Shown piece by piece: positions 1 to 12,888 of a DNA stretch of 64,000 nucleotides. The notes under the pieces were generated by a model. It worked only from the letters and a program-made list of their open reading frames with translations, did no database searches and was not told the origin of the DNA. The position numbers and the translations under genes are program-made. Source of the DNA: Tubiluchus corallicola (lineage: Eukaryota; Animalia; Priapulida); NCBI GenBank assembly GCA_030141605.1, contig JAQGDQ010000138.1:372001-436000 (forward strand), in the 5' to 3' direction. Every line of letters starts with the position of its first letter. The first letter of the stretch is position 1.

Positions 1-877
1 AAACAATATTAAAAATCTAATTTTATAACCCCAAGTACACTTTTCTGGGTAGAAACTAGTACTGTAATTGTAAAAACTTGTATTTTCAAACTCCGATTGT
101 AGCTGGTGGAAGGAGTCATTTTGCTTCGGGTTTTTTCTATTGCCAAGCCCAGATCTTCATCAGAAAGGGTCATCTACTGGATTTAAACATAACTTCAATA
201 AGTTCTTCTTACAAAGTACGTAGCAACCAACATTTGCGCGGTTGCTAAGTGTGTTGCAGAAACGCGACAAAAAATAATGGCTTACTTTAACAGCGATTTC
301 TCAAGATTATGTTTTTCAGTGTATAGCGTGCACCTCAACTTCAATGTGGATATTCTCAGCATAGAACGATAACATAGCATGATTCTCATAGAATGCAGAT
401 TCAGTATATGTGAATAACAAGAAAAGCTTAACTGCCGACTTATGGACGATTTTGCTATGCAAGCACACATTTAAATTTCAGATTGATTGTACAAAAAATT
501 ATCTATTCACACGATAGAAAGCTAGACTGCAACACATGAATCATATAAATTTGAATTTAACAAAACAATGCTTCTAGCTGAGCCAGGAGGACAATTTAAG
601 AAACAGTAATTTAAATGAATAAAAAATCTTAATGAACGTATCTATCTACCATAACTTATTACAAGTTGACACATCACTTTGCATTGTTGAAAGAATCCAT
701 AATAGGTTCCAAAACATCTATTAATTGCAATCAAAGAATCTTTCTTTTATCTTGTGCAATGTTCTATTTGTTATATTTAATGTTGATGTTAATATTTAAT
801 GTTATATACACTAATGGCTTGCATCCATAAAAACATTTAACGAAAAATTTTCCTTCTGATAAAAAAACTATGCTCAC

Positions 878-1006
878 CCATCTAAAACAGCTAGTGTCAA
901 GTAATCTCCTTTAATTGTCATTCCTTTCTTTTGTAAAAGAATCAAGCCATTTTTTGATGTAGTTCTGAATGTCAGCTGATATCGATTGCTCATTTGCCCC
1001 AAAATA
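878..1006 (-). CDS. AGRN: agrin LG3 part 2
   Basis: ILGQMSNRYQLTFRTTSKNGLILLQKKGMTIKGDYLTLAVLDG; ttcag acceptor, gtgagc donor; phase 2-2. Confidence 0.92.
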
Positions 1007-1353
1007 CTGAATGTACAAAACAAAAATAAATAAGTGTGGGAAGGAACATGTTTCAGCCTTCCCTGCATTTAATATAAAATTTAAGAAAAATCACCTTCAG
1101 CCGAGCAAATTGGAATAAAGTCTTATAAGTGCAATGTAGATTTCTGCAAGGTAAAACACTTGTAAATTCAAACTGAAAGCCAAGGCCACAATTTTTGATA
1201 TGTAAAACACTCGACCAAACAAAATCAGTGGCACTGGCTGATGGAGGTAAAGGGCAATGAAATGAAATGTTTCTGATCAACAATTGCTTAAGTTCGAAAA
1301 ATCTGTATCAAGAATTGAACATAACAAGCAGTGCTTGCGTTTAGTCTACTCAC

Positions 1354-1432
1354 ACTTTGTCAAAAAAGTTATTGTAATGAAGATATGTTTGACCATCGAA
1401 CTTTACTGGTTGATCCAACTCTCCATTTGACG
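1354..1432 (-). CDS. AGRN: agrin LG3 part 1
   Basis: TSNGELDQPVKFDGQTYLHYNNFFDK; ctgtag acceptor, gtgagt donor; phase 1-2. Confidence 0.9.
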
Positions 1433-1843
1433 CTACAGAGAAAAAAATTAGAAACTCCAGAACAACAACAAGATAATTATAATGAGAATATCACGTGAAA
1501 CCAAATGCTAATAAGATTGCATTTGTTCTACAATAATCCCCACAACGTTGACGCTTTGTGAATACTACTGCTGAGCAGAGCAAATAAAAAACTGTTTAGC
1601 ATTTACACGTAGTGTGACAAATAAGCAGTCTTAGTCTTAGAATATCTAGAAAGTCTATTAGCTAGGCTACAACTACATTGCAACATAAAACTTTACTGAA
1701 CACATGTTTAATAAAGAAGAGATAATGAATCACAAATTTTTTATTTTGATAATATGAATTTATTGAATATGGTGTACACTTCCAGTTTGTTTCAAAATGC
1801 TAAATGATAGCGACATCAAATAAAACAGCAATCATTAACTTAC

Positions 1844-2008
1844 TTTTCTCACAAGCCTTTCCCATGTATTCTGGGGGACACTTGCACATAAAGTCGTTCA
1901 AGTTAGGGATGCAAGTTCCGCCATGAAGACAAGGAGACTCTTGGTGACACGGAGGCCCCACATAACGCGCAATTGCAAAATTATCTGTAGCCCCAAAAAG
2001 CAAATCCT
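1844..2008 (-). CDS. AGRN: agrin EGF4
   Basis: YVGPPCHQESPCLHGGTCIPNLNDFMCKCPPEYMGKACEK; 165 nt. Confidence 0.95.
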
Positions 2009-2579
2009 CTGAAATTCAACAAGAACTAAATAGTAATGTAAAAAAATTTTAATGTTTTGGCTTCTCTGCTGAAAGAAGGAGAACCAAGAATGTTTACATA
2101 GCAGGGACAATTAGTAGACGGGTTTGTTATTTAAAAACTAGAGGCAAATCAGAAGCAAAAACAGTTAGAAGCCAGAGCCCTTCAAACATATGAGTGAATG
2201 ACAAATCTGTGTTTCTAAGTTAGATGACAGAGTCTAAATTAGGTGAGATTCATAAATCTTGGTTGGGAGCTAATGAAGAAAAGGCTACTTCAATTTTAAA
2301 TGTAATAAAGTTTTCTAATTTCACCTAAGAACTTAGTAACACAGATAATTTAATGAATTCCATCCGAAGTGTTTCAGTTTTGAATTTTTGGTGTGCAGCT
2401 TGGCCATTAATGTACTCCCATTAAATACAGAAAGTGAACTTTTGTTTGACATTGCAATAGGACTTAACCCAAGCAAATGTCTGCTTAGGTAACACGCTGC
2501 AAAGGTTTAGCTATTTGGTTGGTGCAAAACGTGAAAAAGCATAAAAAAATATTAATAGTTAAATTACTGTACCACTTAC

Positions 2580-2721
2580 CAATGACAATTCCGCTGATGA
2601 ACATACGCTGAATCGCACCTTTCAATCCTGTCACTACACCAGACTCTGTGGAAACTTTACTTAAGTCCTTGAACCCACCAATGGACAATGGAAGATTCAG
2701 ATTCAGCTCATTTCTTGGGGG
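2580..2721 (-). CDS. AGRN: agrin LG2 part 3
   Basis: PPRNELNLNLPLSIGGF...GVVTGLKGAIQRMFISGIVI; phase 0-1; donor gtaagt. Confidence 0.92.
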
Positions 2722-2999
2722 CTAAAACAGTATACAAAATAATTAGAGAAACAATATTTTCAGTGATGAAAGTTATACAGTAGCTGACACAGATGTTTTA
2801 TGTAATAAGTAACAAATGATTGTGAAACTGTCGTGTGAGACTTTACAACAAAAATAACAAGCTTATCCTAAGATTCTAAATTTCTGAATAAGATCCATTT
2901 GTGAAATATAAAACAACTTTTTTGGTTTGAATTAATTTGAAAACAACAGTATTGACATAAGAATTCTCAATGGCAACTTGATATTGATTTAAAACAAAT

Positions 3000-3037
3000 G
3001 CTGGTTCTATATCACATTTTAGTGATATAGAACCAGC
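3000..3037. repeat. perfect 16-bp-stem hairpin
   Basis: GCTGGTTCTATATCAC-atttta-GTGATATAGAACCAGC. Confidence 0.9.
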
Positions 3038-3137
3038 TAAATTTTTAGTTTCAAGCCAAACGAAGGAAAATATTTTTGAACCATTGGCAAAAAATAACTA
3101 TATATTTTGTGAACAGAGAACATAAAAATGAAGTCAC

Positions 3138-3249
3138 CCCTGAACTGCCTTCAACGGGTTCCTCGCCATTGACACGTAAAGTTCCCAATCTGTTAATGCG
3201 GCTGATAACAACTTTATGCCATTGGTTGAGTGTAAGTGGCTCACGACTC
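3138..3249 (-). CDS. AGRN: agrin LG2 part 2
   Basis: SREPLTLNQWHKVVISRINRLGTLRVNGEEPVEGSSG; phase 2-0. Confidence 0.93.
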
Positions 3250-4053
3250 CTGTACATAATATATTGCAAATAAAGTAATTCTCAGTGTAAGCAACATATT
3301 TGAAATGCAATAGTAAATCTTATGTATTCTTCTTCCCACAATCCCCTTCTCTGGACACCAGCAATTTAAACAAGAAACCTTATCACAAAGAAGCATGCCA
3401 ATCTATGCAGTTTTTATAATAAACTTGTGAGACATAAATTTCAGACTTTTGAGGATGATGCTGGTAGAAAAAGATCAGTTTGAAATTTAAGAAGCCAAAA
3501 TTTTCAGAAGCTAAATGATGAAAAATGGTAGAAAATAAAGGTTTGGTTTTCTGTTATACTGACTGCCACCATCAGAATTACAGGTGACAGAATTTAAAAA
3601 ACAGAATGACTATGCTATTAATTCTGCTAGTCATAATGCAGAATCAAGACGACAAACAAATCAAAGTCTATGATTGCAACTTCTCGGTGAATAAGGATTA
3701 TTACTATCGAATGTTCAGAGCCGATTACTGTTTCTGTTTTAAATCTACAATAAAAGTAAAAAAAAGCCAAGACACACATACACTTACAATACATAATATG
3801 AAAACTAGTGATGAAATATTTCGTTACAGGTAATTATTTCTTATTCCTTTTCAAACGCGACTAAAACTATCATGCAGTTCAGAGATGAAAACTGAAAAAT
3901 GTGAAAATGCCGAAAAATATTCTTAAGCTAGAGCTGTAATGAGTAACATATGCAATACTAAGGCTGAATTATTCAGAAATTAAAATGACATCAGTACCAT
4001 AACAGTATTACAAAAAGCAAATACTAAAGTAAATGTAAAAAGCGAAGACATAC

Positions 4054-4303
4054 GTTATGTTTGCTGTTCCACTTCCCAAATTAAACCGGAAATTGACATA
4101 TCCGTCGATGAGATTAAGTGAAACAAAGTCGCCTTTTCCATTTGCCAGTTGACCATTATATAACAGCATGCCATTAGGTGAATATGCCATGTACCAGATT
4201 TCAATAGTTAGAGAAAGTCCCACGTTGCTGTTTAATCTTGGTCTTTCTATGTAAGAACGCCCGTTAAATTCTGGTATGAACATCTGATGTTTCTCGGGAA
4301 TCA
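4054..4303 (-). CDS. AGRN: agrin LG2 part 1
   Basis: FIPEFNGRSYIE...NGMLLYNGQLANGKGDFVSLNLIDGYVNFRFNLGSG; phase 1-2. Confidence 0.95.
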
Positions 4304-4520
4304 CTGTAAACAGAACAGAACACAGGTAGTAGAAAATAAAAATGCTAACGAAACTATTTTTTCAGTGGGTCCACCTGCCATTTCACTCCATGGATGATGC
4401 AATTCTAAAATGGCAGAATTGTTCTGCTTAGCAACAAAAATTTCTAAATGCTGAAAAACAATTTTGAAAACCAACAGCACTGCACACTACTTGGAGCCAT
4501 CTGCATTGCTTAGTCTTTAA

Positions 4521-5223
4521 CTACTTCAGGACCACAAGAGGTGCTGCATTTTACAACTGTTCATGAAAAACTGCTCTCACTAAGCAGCAGTTACACTATA
4601 TTTGATAATCTTTGTAGATTTCTACTCCGCACACAGTAGATTTTCATGCAAAGTTATACGTGAAATGCATTTGCTTACCTTAGACAAATTAAAAATCGAT
4701 TTTTGATGAATAAAGTGAAAAAAGCTTTCAGTAACTGCAGTGTTTGCACTGACAAAGTACAGTATCACTTGCGTGAAATCAGCTAATGTAGAAACTTCCA
4801 ACTATTCACACACAATACTCTGATGCACTTTGGCCCCAAATCTACTGGATTTTAAGGAGAAGTTTCTGTTAAAATACGAAACGACCTTGGTTTGTCCTTG
4901 GCTGATTGACTGATTTTTCCTGGAATAGCCACAGAACACTGCACAGCTTGGGCTGTAGCAAGCAGGCGATCAATAAAATAGTGTGTACGATCACGCAATG
5001 TTATGCCAGACTAAGCTACTCAGTACGTTAAGTTGGAGTGCCGGAAAAGGGTGTTTTTTTCTTAAATTTATCCAATTAAATCACTTATAAATGTTTAAAC
5101 AAATAACACGATTGAATAGAGCAGTACCTAATTTGTAATCACTTAGTTACATCTGTCCTCATACAGTAGCAGAAAAGTCATATTCTCGTGAGACCTATTT
5201 TGAATGGCGCGGTCCTGAAGGAG
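4521..5223. mobile_element. piggyBac-like MITE, copy 1 (~700 bp)
   Basis: TTAA|CTACTTCAGGACC ... GGTCCTGAAGGAG|TTAA: terminal inverted repeats with TTAA flanks; similar along its length to 21130-21828. Confidence 0.85.
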
Positions 5224-5600
5224 TTAATACGCATAAGACCAAATTAATTTCTATCAAGCTTAGTTTTTTGTCTTTATTGAACAAATCATCATAACGACAC
5301 AGACTAACTGGAAAATACGAGTAACAAAGCACTGACTCATAAGTCATAGCACTTCATATCCACTCCTCTTGCTAAAAGATATCTTTTTAGAGGCATTTCT
5401 TTAATAATGAGTCAGGATCCAATCTCAGCAAAGACATCATTATTGGGTAGGCCAAATCACTGAAACTTCACTCTGGCTTGCAGTTTGCCAAACTACATAA
5501 AAAAATAATGCCTACATCACTGCTGCCAAGTGTCCAGTAATATGGACTTGTTGATTTACTGCCTATACATAAAAATGATAATTCTTGCTAGCATACTCAC

Positions 5601-5735
5601 AATCTTCACACAGATCACCAGTTCGACCTGCAGAACATTTACAAGTGAATCCTCCTTGAGGTAGAGTAACACAGGTAGAGCCCATGTAGCATGGACTTAG
5701 CATGCAGGTATCAAGTGTATTTTCACATACTCTCC
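5601..5735 (-). CDS. AGRN: agrin EGF3
   Basis: GRVCENTLDTCMLSPCYMGSTCVTLPQGGFTCKCSAGRTGDLCED; 135 nt. Confidence 0.95.
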
Positions 5736-6459
5736 CTAGAATATAAACAGGACAAAATATTAATGAGTTTTGACATACAAATTGGAAAATACGAGTAAAA
5801 GAACAATGATTAATATGGTACATTGTATCAATACTCCTAGTCCAGACAAATGTCACAGTATGTTCTTCATATAGCTTGCAAAATCAAGAAAAATCATTTC
5901 CACCTGCAACAAAGCAGGTATCATAATAAAAATGATGAGTAGATATATGAGTTAAAAATGGCTAAACTACAAGTTTGGCAATTAACACTTACTCAGTTTA
6001 TAATGCCAAACTCGGAGTGGATAGATTTTGGTAAAGTACTCATTTACCTTAAGTAGTCTCTAACAATTGACAAGTTTCAAAATTAAAAGTCAACCTTCCT
6101 AAAAAGCCTGCACTGTCTTTTCCTGACTCGAAAATACTATATTATAATAATTATGTTCAATGATGAGAAGATTTTCGAATTGTGCCTAATAATGGTCTGG
6201 CAAATAATAGCAAATCTCCCTTTTAAGTCTAATCAAAACTGTATCTGTGTAGTACTCAGCCCTGCTTGTGATCTGTGTATATTTACAAATTTATCAGTGT
6301 GTGATAAGTGTAATTAAAGCCAAATGTGATGTAATATCTTATTAGTCAAGGGGTAGTCTTTAATGCATTATACACAAATTCAACAGAGTTTCTTATCTCA
6401 ATTTATGCTATTCAGTGACATTCTCTAAAATCCTATCTCACCCCAAGAGTTTTGCCTAC

Positions 6460-6567
6460 CAGTGAATCCTTCTAAACACATGCAGCTGAAATTTTCTTCA
6501 TCCTTTTTCAAACATGTAGCTCCATTCTTACAAGGAAGGCTGCTGCAAGGATTATTACCACACTCTC
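6460..6567 (-). CDS. AGRN: agrin EGF2
   Basis: GECGNNPCSSLPCKNGATCLKKDEENFSCMCLEGFT; 108 nt. Confidence 0.95.
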
Positions 6568-6912
6568 CTGAATTTGAATAATGATAAATGTTAAGTGAAT
6601 TTGAAACTATTTTTATGCAAATACGAGTGCATAATCGATGTACATGAATGAAAGCATATTTGTTGATCTTTGCAGATAGATAGGCAACGATGCCTAGGTG
6701 CACAAAAAATTAAACGCAGCAGTCAAAATATCAGGATAGCGACATGCAAGACTAAATGCATCTGAACAAATGTTGTCATTTAAAAATTGCACAAAAAGAC
6801 TAGTTAAACACAAAAAGTCAGGGTGATAGAGTGACAAAGGCATTAATTAGGCATCATTTGCTGCTTTACCTGATGAAAGATGACAGAATAAATTAACACT
6901 AAAGATAAGTAC

Positions 6913-7037
6913 CTATTTCTGATCCATCTATGACATCTCGAGACCCTGGGTAAAACAAAGCATATTCCCTGTCATTGATTTTGAGAGATCGCACACAACC
7001 GACCAGACCCAAAGTGGCACCTATATTTTTCATAACC
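6913..7037 (-). CDS. AGRN: agrin LG1 part 4
   Basis: EVMKNIGATLGLVGCVRSLKINDREYALFYPGSRDVIDGSEI; phase 2-1. Confidence 0.92.
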
Positions 7038-7444
7038 CTGAAAATACATTTATTGCTAATAATAAAAAATTTATTTACAGTAATAAAGCAGGGCTATAGT
7101 TAACGCAGTGGCAAACTAAATGAGGCAATTAACTCACGGTGGTAATCATGATGAACATATCGCCCAAAATTCTTTATTACTGAAACTATAAAGAGTCCAA
7201 AGCTGCTATATTAAAGAAATTGCGAGCATCAAAACTTTTGTAATTGGATTTTAAGTTCCAGTACAGATCGTCATCGATTTACGATCATAATTGATTCTGG
7301 CTCGTTGGTCTGTACGTGTGCGTGCATGTGGGCGTGTGTGTACTCCAACTAAGTATGGTTGCAAATTGAGCAGTCATAAGTTGCATAGGTTGTAAGGTGA
7401 GTCGACGATTACCTGTAATAACAAATTACATTAGCTACACATAC

Positions 7445-7657
7445 TCTGGTGACATGTCTGGTACATAGCCCAAGTACATCGGTTCCCTCAAGTCTAATGA
7501 CTGTAGTCTTCCGGCACTCTTTCCTGTCTCCGCCTCTACACCATCAACTGATAGAAGACCATCTTTTTTGAATCTCTTCAATGTTACCTTGTAGAATTTA
7601 CGCAACTCCAGTTTATTTTGGGACTTTATGACCACTGGACCATCACCCAAATCAAAT
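7445..7657 (-). CDS. AGRN: agrin LG1 part 3
   Basis: RFDLGDGPVVIKS...RFKKDGLLSVDG...SLDLREPMYLGYVP; phase 2-2. Confidence 0.95.
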
Positions 7658-8173
7658 CTGAAAAATATTACAAAGAGCAGTGTTTTATGTCAAACTCTGC
7701 AGAACATCTCATTATATTGCCAAGTTATTACACATTCAACTGATATAGAAACAATGAAGAAATAGGTGAAGTATTCGACAATCGAATACTTTTGACGTAT
7801 GAATAGTTCATATTTGAAGTTACATCCACATAAACTCATACCAGTGCCAAAATTTGGAACTTGGGATATCACTCTCAATGGCTTTTAATACACATAATAC
7901 TTAGATAAGATAACAACAGCAGAATCTGAATAATTCGGATACCATGTAACTTGTAGCACACAAAAATACTCCGCCTGTTTAACCCTTAATTCAAGAACAA
8001 TTTAGTAATCACACTAAATCAAAACTTCACTTTACAGAAAAATGAAGCACATACATCAGAGGCTACCGTTAATACATTTGTATCATTAAAACTCTTTTTA
8101 AAAATAACAATAGAAAGATTTTTGTTGGAAAATTGTGACATCATCTAATTAAATTTTGAAAGCTGCAACATAC

Positions 8174-8298
8174 CTGTACTCCAAAAAACGCTTTCGCACA
8201 GCAAGAGAAATGAAATCGCCCGAGCCATCTGCATTTTGCCCATTATAGAGGATAATGCCGTCATCAGCCAATGTACGAAAATCAATTTCAATTGTAAC
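8174..8298 (-). CDS. AGRN: agrin LG1 part 2
   Basis: VTIEIDFRTLADDGIILYNGQNADGSGDFISLAVRKRFLEY; phase 0-2. Confidence 0.94.
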
Positions 8299-8604
8299 CT
8301 AATTAAGAAACACTTAATAATGAAGAGTCATTCCTATTTTGAAATTCCATCTGCTTTGCACTCAAATAAAAATAAGCAAATGCATTGATTTAGTTATTAC
8401 ATTCTAATATACAGTTTCGGTAAAGTGCAAATCATTCTGACTTTGGCGACTTAATCAGGCAATTAAAAGCAAATGCTTGATTTTACCATTTACAATCCAT
8501 TTTAAAAAGGCTTACAATAAATGCCAATACAAAAGAAACAAACTTCGATAAATTTAGCTGTGTCATGTAAGAGCAACTATATTGACTGATGTTTTTATCT
8601 TTAC

Positions 8605-8678
8605 CTGAGTATAAGCGTTCATTGTACTAAATTTCATCCACGACATTCCACTAAATGCTGGTTTATTGAACTGACGAT
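8605..8678 (-). CDS. AGRN: agrin LG1 part 1
   Basis: DRQFNKPAFSGMSWMKFSTMNAYTQ; phase 1-0. Confidence 0.92.
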
Positions 8679-9121
8679 CTGCAAGAAAAAAAATCATTTT
8701 TATCCCAGTGCACTTTTTGTTGCAAATAGACAGACATATTTATAATATCTACGTGGTCAAAAATATTAAGTTCAAAGAAACCTTTTAATAGAAAATAACA
8801 GTATCAAAATAACAGCTAAAACAAACAAAATAGGTTTAATAGTAGACATGACATTGGTAATTTCTACCTTTAATGTCTCAATGAATGGGCTACTTTTTAT
8901 AAACAAAGATATCACGTTTAATCATTCTTACTGACTCGAACAATTTTCATTGCACGCTATAGTCAAAGTTTATTGAACAGCCTACGACTATTACACATTT
9001 GAGAAAGTCTGCTAATAAATGAATGAAAAATGATTCATATACATTAATAAAGTAATGGTAAAATATTACCAATAGACACATACAATGACTAGCATTTATC
9101 ATCATTAAGAACTCAATATAC

Positions 9122-9262
9122 CTTCGGAGCAAGTTCTGCCACTTTTGCCAATAGGACACAGGCACACAAACCCTGACTCGGGATCATTCATGCACGTTGC
9201 GGTATTCATACACGGAGCAGCCTCACATGTAGAAAGTGACTGCGCTGGTGTGTCTACCTCAG
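9122..9262 (-). CDS. AGRN: agrin EGF1
   Basis: TCEAAPCMNTATCMNDPESGFVCLCPIGKSGRTCSE; 141 nt. Confidence 0.95.
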
Positions 9263-10838
9263 CTACAAAGCAACACACACAAAATAACATGCAACGCATG
9301 CTAGGTTAGTTAAAGAGGAATCATGCTAATTGTCACAAATTAGCTAAGAAGATCTACGGAGCTTGCAAAATCCAACAATGTATTTCTAAGGCAATTTCAC
9401 TAAGTTACATTTGATTTCAACCATGAAAAGTTCTCTAATTTAATTGGATTTCCAGCATTGCTATGTCTCTCTAGTGTTTTAGTAATAACAGATTACCTAA
9501 TTAGTGTTTAGGCAGAATTACAACTACATATACTGTGAATGTACTGAATGGAAAACTCTAATTCATTCAGTTATATTCACTCATAATACTGGATTGCTCG
9601 CATGATACAAGCTCACACTAGCACCAAAATTTAGACAATTTAAAGGAGAAATGATTAGATAGTCATGATTCATGAAAGATAAACAATTAAGGGTTTGATT
9701 TAATCGTAAATCACATACAGAAGTGTAAAAGCCGTTGTCATGATGTGTTATTTTTTAATGCTTCATGAAAATTAGAAAATTCAATTTTTCCAGGCAGTTA
9801 CTTATGAATTATAGTACATTATTTTTTCAGGTATTTGGAAGAAACTATGGAAATGAAAGAAAGATGTGGATTTAGCTCCTACAGTACTTGTTTTGCTGCC
9901 AATGGACAGAAGGAAGTCTACAGCACCCATCATCAACTTTATTTACAAAGTTTGAAATAAATAAATATTTTTTTCACAAATAAAAGCTAATGAGAGGCAT
10001 CCTTGTTGTAGACATCTATATCTGTGCCATTTGACCTCAGTGTTAGTTAACATTACATAATAAGTAATTACAACAACAATCAAATTTTAGTACTTAGCAT
10101 ATGCCACAAAAACTAAACATAGTCAGTCACAACATAACAAACTCTTACATGTATTCTCACTATATTCTTTCGTAGTCACGTTTAAGAAGCTATACTGCTC
10201 TGAAACAAATTGTAACTTAAAGCTAAAACTAAAAGCTGGTACATGTCAAATCAGTCGACACCACTTTTAAACCAGATGCTTTGCAAGGCAAGCAAACAGC
10301 TAAACTAAAAAAGGTTTTCTTCGGTGAATTCCCATGAATTTGGAAAATCAAATATTTGGGTATGAAGTCAAACCTGTGACATACAGCATTACCAAGCCAA
10401 GTCAAACACAAATCACTTCCAATGTAAGACTTTTGCATATGTATAACAAAAAAGAACCCAGATTTTGTTCACATTTATTAAAATTCCAACTCCTCCCATG
10501 TTTTTATTTATCATTGTTTATGATGTGCCTTTCTTTTTAAAAACGATTTGTTTCAGTTAGAAAATTATTAGTTCATTCTGGCTATGCAAATCAAAATTTG
10601 GCTGAGAGTGGACAAAAATTCTCATTTGGCCTAGACAAGTTTAATGACAGCACTAAAAACTAAACGACTTGACCCAGTTCTATAGTAGTAAATTAAGCAT
10701 CACGAACAAAAGGACATGAAAGCTTCATAAAGTATTCTCATCGCTCATGTGAGACATAACAGGGAGGAATTTCTTACTATTTTATGATAAATCTTGAAAT
10801 AATATTTTTTACATTTTTTCAAGGCATTAAGTACTCAC

Positions 10839-10961
10839 CTATACACACATCCTTATTTGGACCAACTGCATAATGTTTTGGACATTGGCAAGTCCCTCTA
10901 TTACAGTCAGATAATGGAACAGCACAATCAAATCTGCTAAAACATGTGTCTCCGATAAACC
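10839..10961 (-). CDS. AGRN: agrin EB/EGF-like 6-Cys module
   Basis: GFIGDTCFSRFDCAVPLSDCNRGTCQCPKHYAVGPNKDVCI; ttgcag acceptor, gtgagt donor; 123 nt, phase 1-1. Confidence 0.88.
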   Translation of the reverse strand, partial: GLSETHVLADLIVLFHYLTVIEGLANVQNIMQLVQIRMCV

Positions 10962-11708
10962 CTGCAAATAAACTATAGAATTAGTAAACTACATACAGTG
11001 AAAATATTCAAGATGTTAAAGAAAAAATAAAGCAGAAATTTTATTATATGAAGGGTATTCAATAGATAATAGTATTTTAACAAAAAAATCAATAAAAGTT
11101 TTTTAACAATTCTGCACATTGCAACTTGGAATCCAGCACTCAACATGTAGGGTCTACACAATCTCAATGGTTGTGGGGAGACTGTAACCTGTCTCATTAT
11201 CATGGACAAATCTCTAAGATGAGACACTGAACCGAACGAAGTATCTTAGCAATGTTCGGATTTTTGTTATATATATAGTTTCTATATACTTCTCTGAGGT
11301 AAACAGCTGGAATCAGTATGCCGAATGAAACTGTTCAAAGCGACTATCGACCTGGTAATTCACCCACCCATTCACTGACCAGTTTTAGTGCCATTCTTAA
11401 CTTTAGTTGCCAGGCACATGCCAAGACAACTCTGTCATACTCATTGCCTTGACATGACATTAGACAAACTAATAAACAAGGAAGCAATTAACACAGTGTT
11501 AGCTCTTATGCTCAGATAGTCAGATTTAGTATTGACACTCTTACACTTCACTTTGCTTACTAGCGAAAAAAGTCAAGCATACCTTATTTCGCTTTGCTCA
11601 GTATCTGTCACTAAATCAACTATATTTATAATACAATGTCAAACTAATTTCCTAGCAGTAAGTTGCCTAAATAAGAGAACGTAAATAAAAAAACTTTTAA
11701 ATACACAC

Positions 11709-11885
11709 CTCTTGGCCTGTAGGTTACCACTGTACTTATAGTGCCTGCAGTAGTATCTGTGACATCTGGGGTAACTTTTATTACACCAGGAATAATCTCT
11801 TGTTGTTCTCTAGTAGAAGTGGTGCGCTTTACAGTGGTGTGCATAAGTGGAGATGAGGTAGTTGTCAGAGGTGCTAATGTGGGTT
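11709..11885 (-). CDS. AGRN: agrin Ser/Thr-rich (mucin-like) exon
   Basis: EPTLAPLTTTSSPLMHTTVKRTTSTRE...VVTYRPR; tttag acceptor, gtgtgt donor; 177 nt, phase 1-1. Confidence 0.85.
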
Positions 11886-12181
11886 CTAAACAAAAAATTG
11901 CCAAATTAGTGGAAAAGTTTCTGCCCATTACATTCTGGTTACAGTCAAAATAGACATAAGCAAAGATTTCATTACTTAATCAAAACAAACTAATTAATGA
12001 ACCAATAACTACTTCAGTAACAAAGTTCATTCAAAATGTATACAAAGTCCTGTTTCAGCATTTATATAACAACATTCTATGAACAATATCCAATTTTGTC
12101 ATAACTCCCTAAAATCAGCTTATTAATACCTCTCCAAAACATCCAACTCCATGTTACCCAAGTTTCACATCAGCTAATAAC

Positions 12182-12754
12182 CAGTGTTGTAGTCAAGTCT
12201 TTTTCAGCTCAAGTCCAAATAGAGTCTCAAGTCCTTGGGGTTCAAGTTCGAGCCAAGTCTCGTGTCACAATGCCCAAATGCGACACAAGCATTTTAAAAA
12301 AAGGCTGTGTAAGAATATTTTGAATTTCTCTGATAGTTAAATGCATGTATAATGTCATAATAACCCGAAAAAGTTTTTAGCCAAATGTAGGTGTAATCAC
12401 AGCGGGTGAATATAGAGACTTCAAGAATTCACTTTAAGCATAATATGCAAATATATCCTCGAACAACAGACACAGACAAAAAAATGCGTGAGTGAAACTG
12501 TTTTAAATGTTTTTCGTATGTAAGAAGGTAATAATTGCTTAGTTATAACACCAGTAATTATTATTTGTTTGACTGTCCATGGAATTCAAGTCATTAGTCA
12601 AGTCCAGTGCTTTGTCATTTCAAGTCCGAGTCAAGTTACGAGTTTTCTATTACAAATCGGAGTCAAGTCTCTAGTCAGTGACATATGAATCCAAATAGAA
12701 TCCGAGTCTAAAGCAAATTGCGAGTCAAAGCCAGACTGGAGTACTTCAACACTC
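12182..12754. mobile_element. hAT-like MITE with CAAGTC/GAGTC subterminal repeats
   Basis: Termini CAGTGTTGTAGT ... ACTTCAACACT; imperfect 8-bp TSD ctaataac/ctaactac; clustered caagtc motifs near both ends. Confidence 0.65.
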
Positions 12755-12888
12755 CTAACTACAGGTTTTTTAAAAACAAGACAGTTTTACTGATAAAAAG
12801 AAAATTTACCTCAGGTTTTGCATACAAGAGTTAAATATTCCTCACTATAGTCATCAAACACTTTCTGTTACATAAGACCACTACTTAC

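Noticed and set aside
1-877. Remaining LG3 exons
   Set aside because: No phase-2 exon with laminin-G motifs found; the gene likely continues beyond the left edge.
1095-1143. Candidate z-site insert exon (ttgcag...AAG|gtgatt)
   Set aside because: 49 nt, not frame-preserving.
11583-11610. Possible 28-nt agrin microexon (tttag...AG|gtatgc)
   Set aside because: Phase 1 to 2 would frameshift the next phase-1 exon, and I found no compensating exon.
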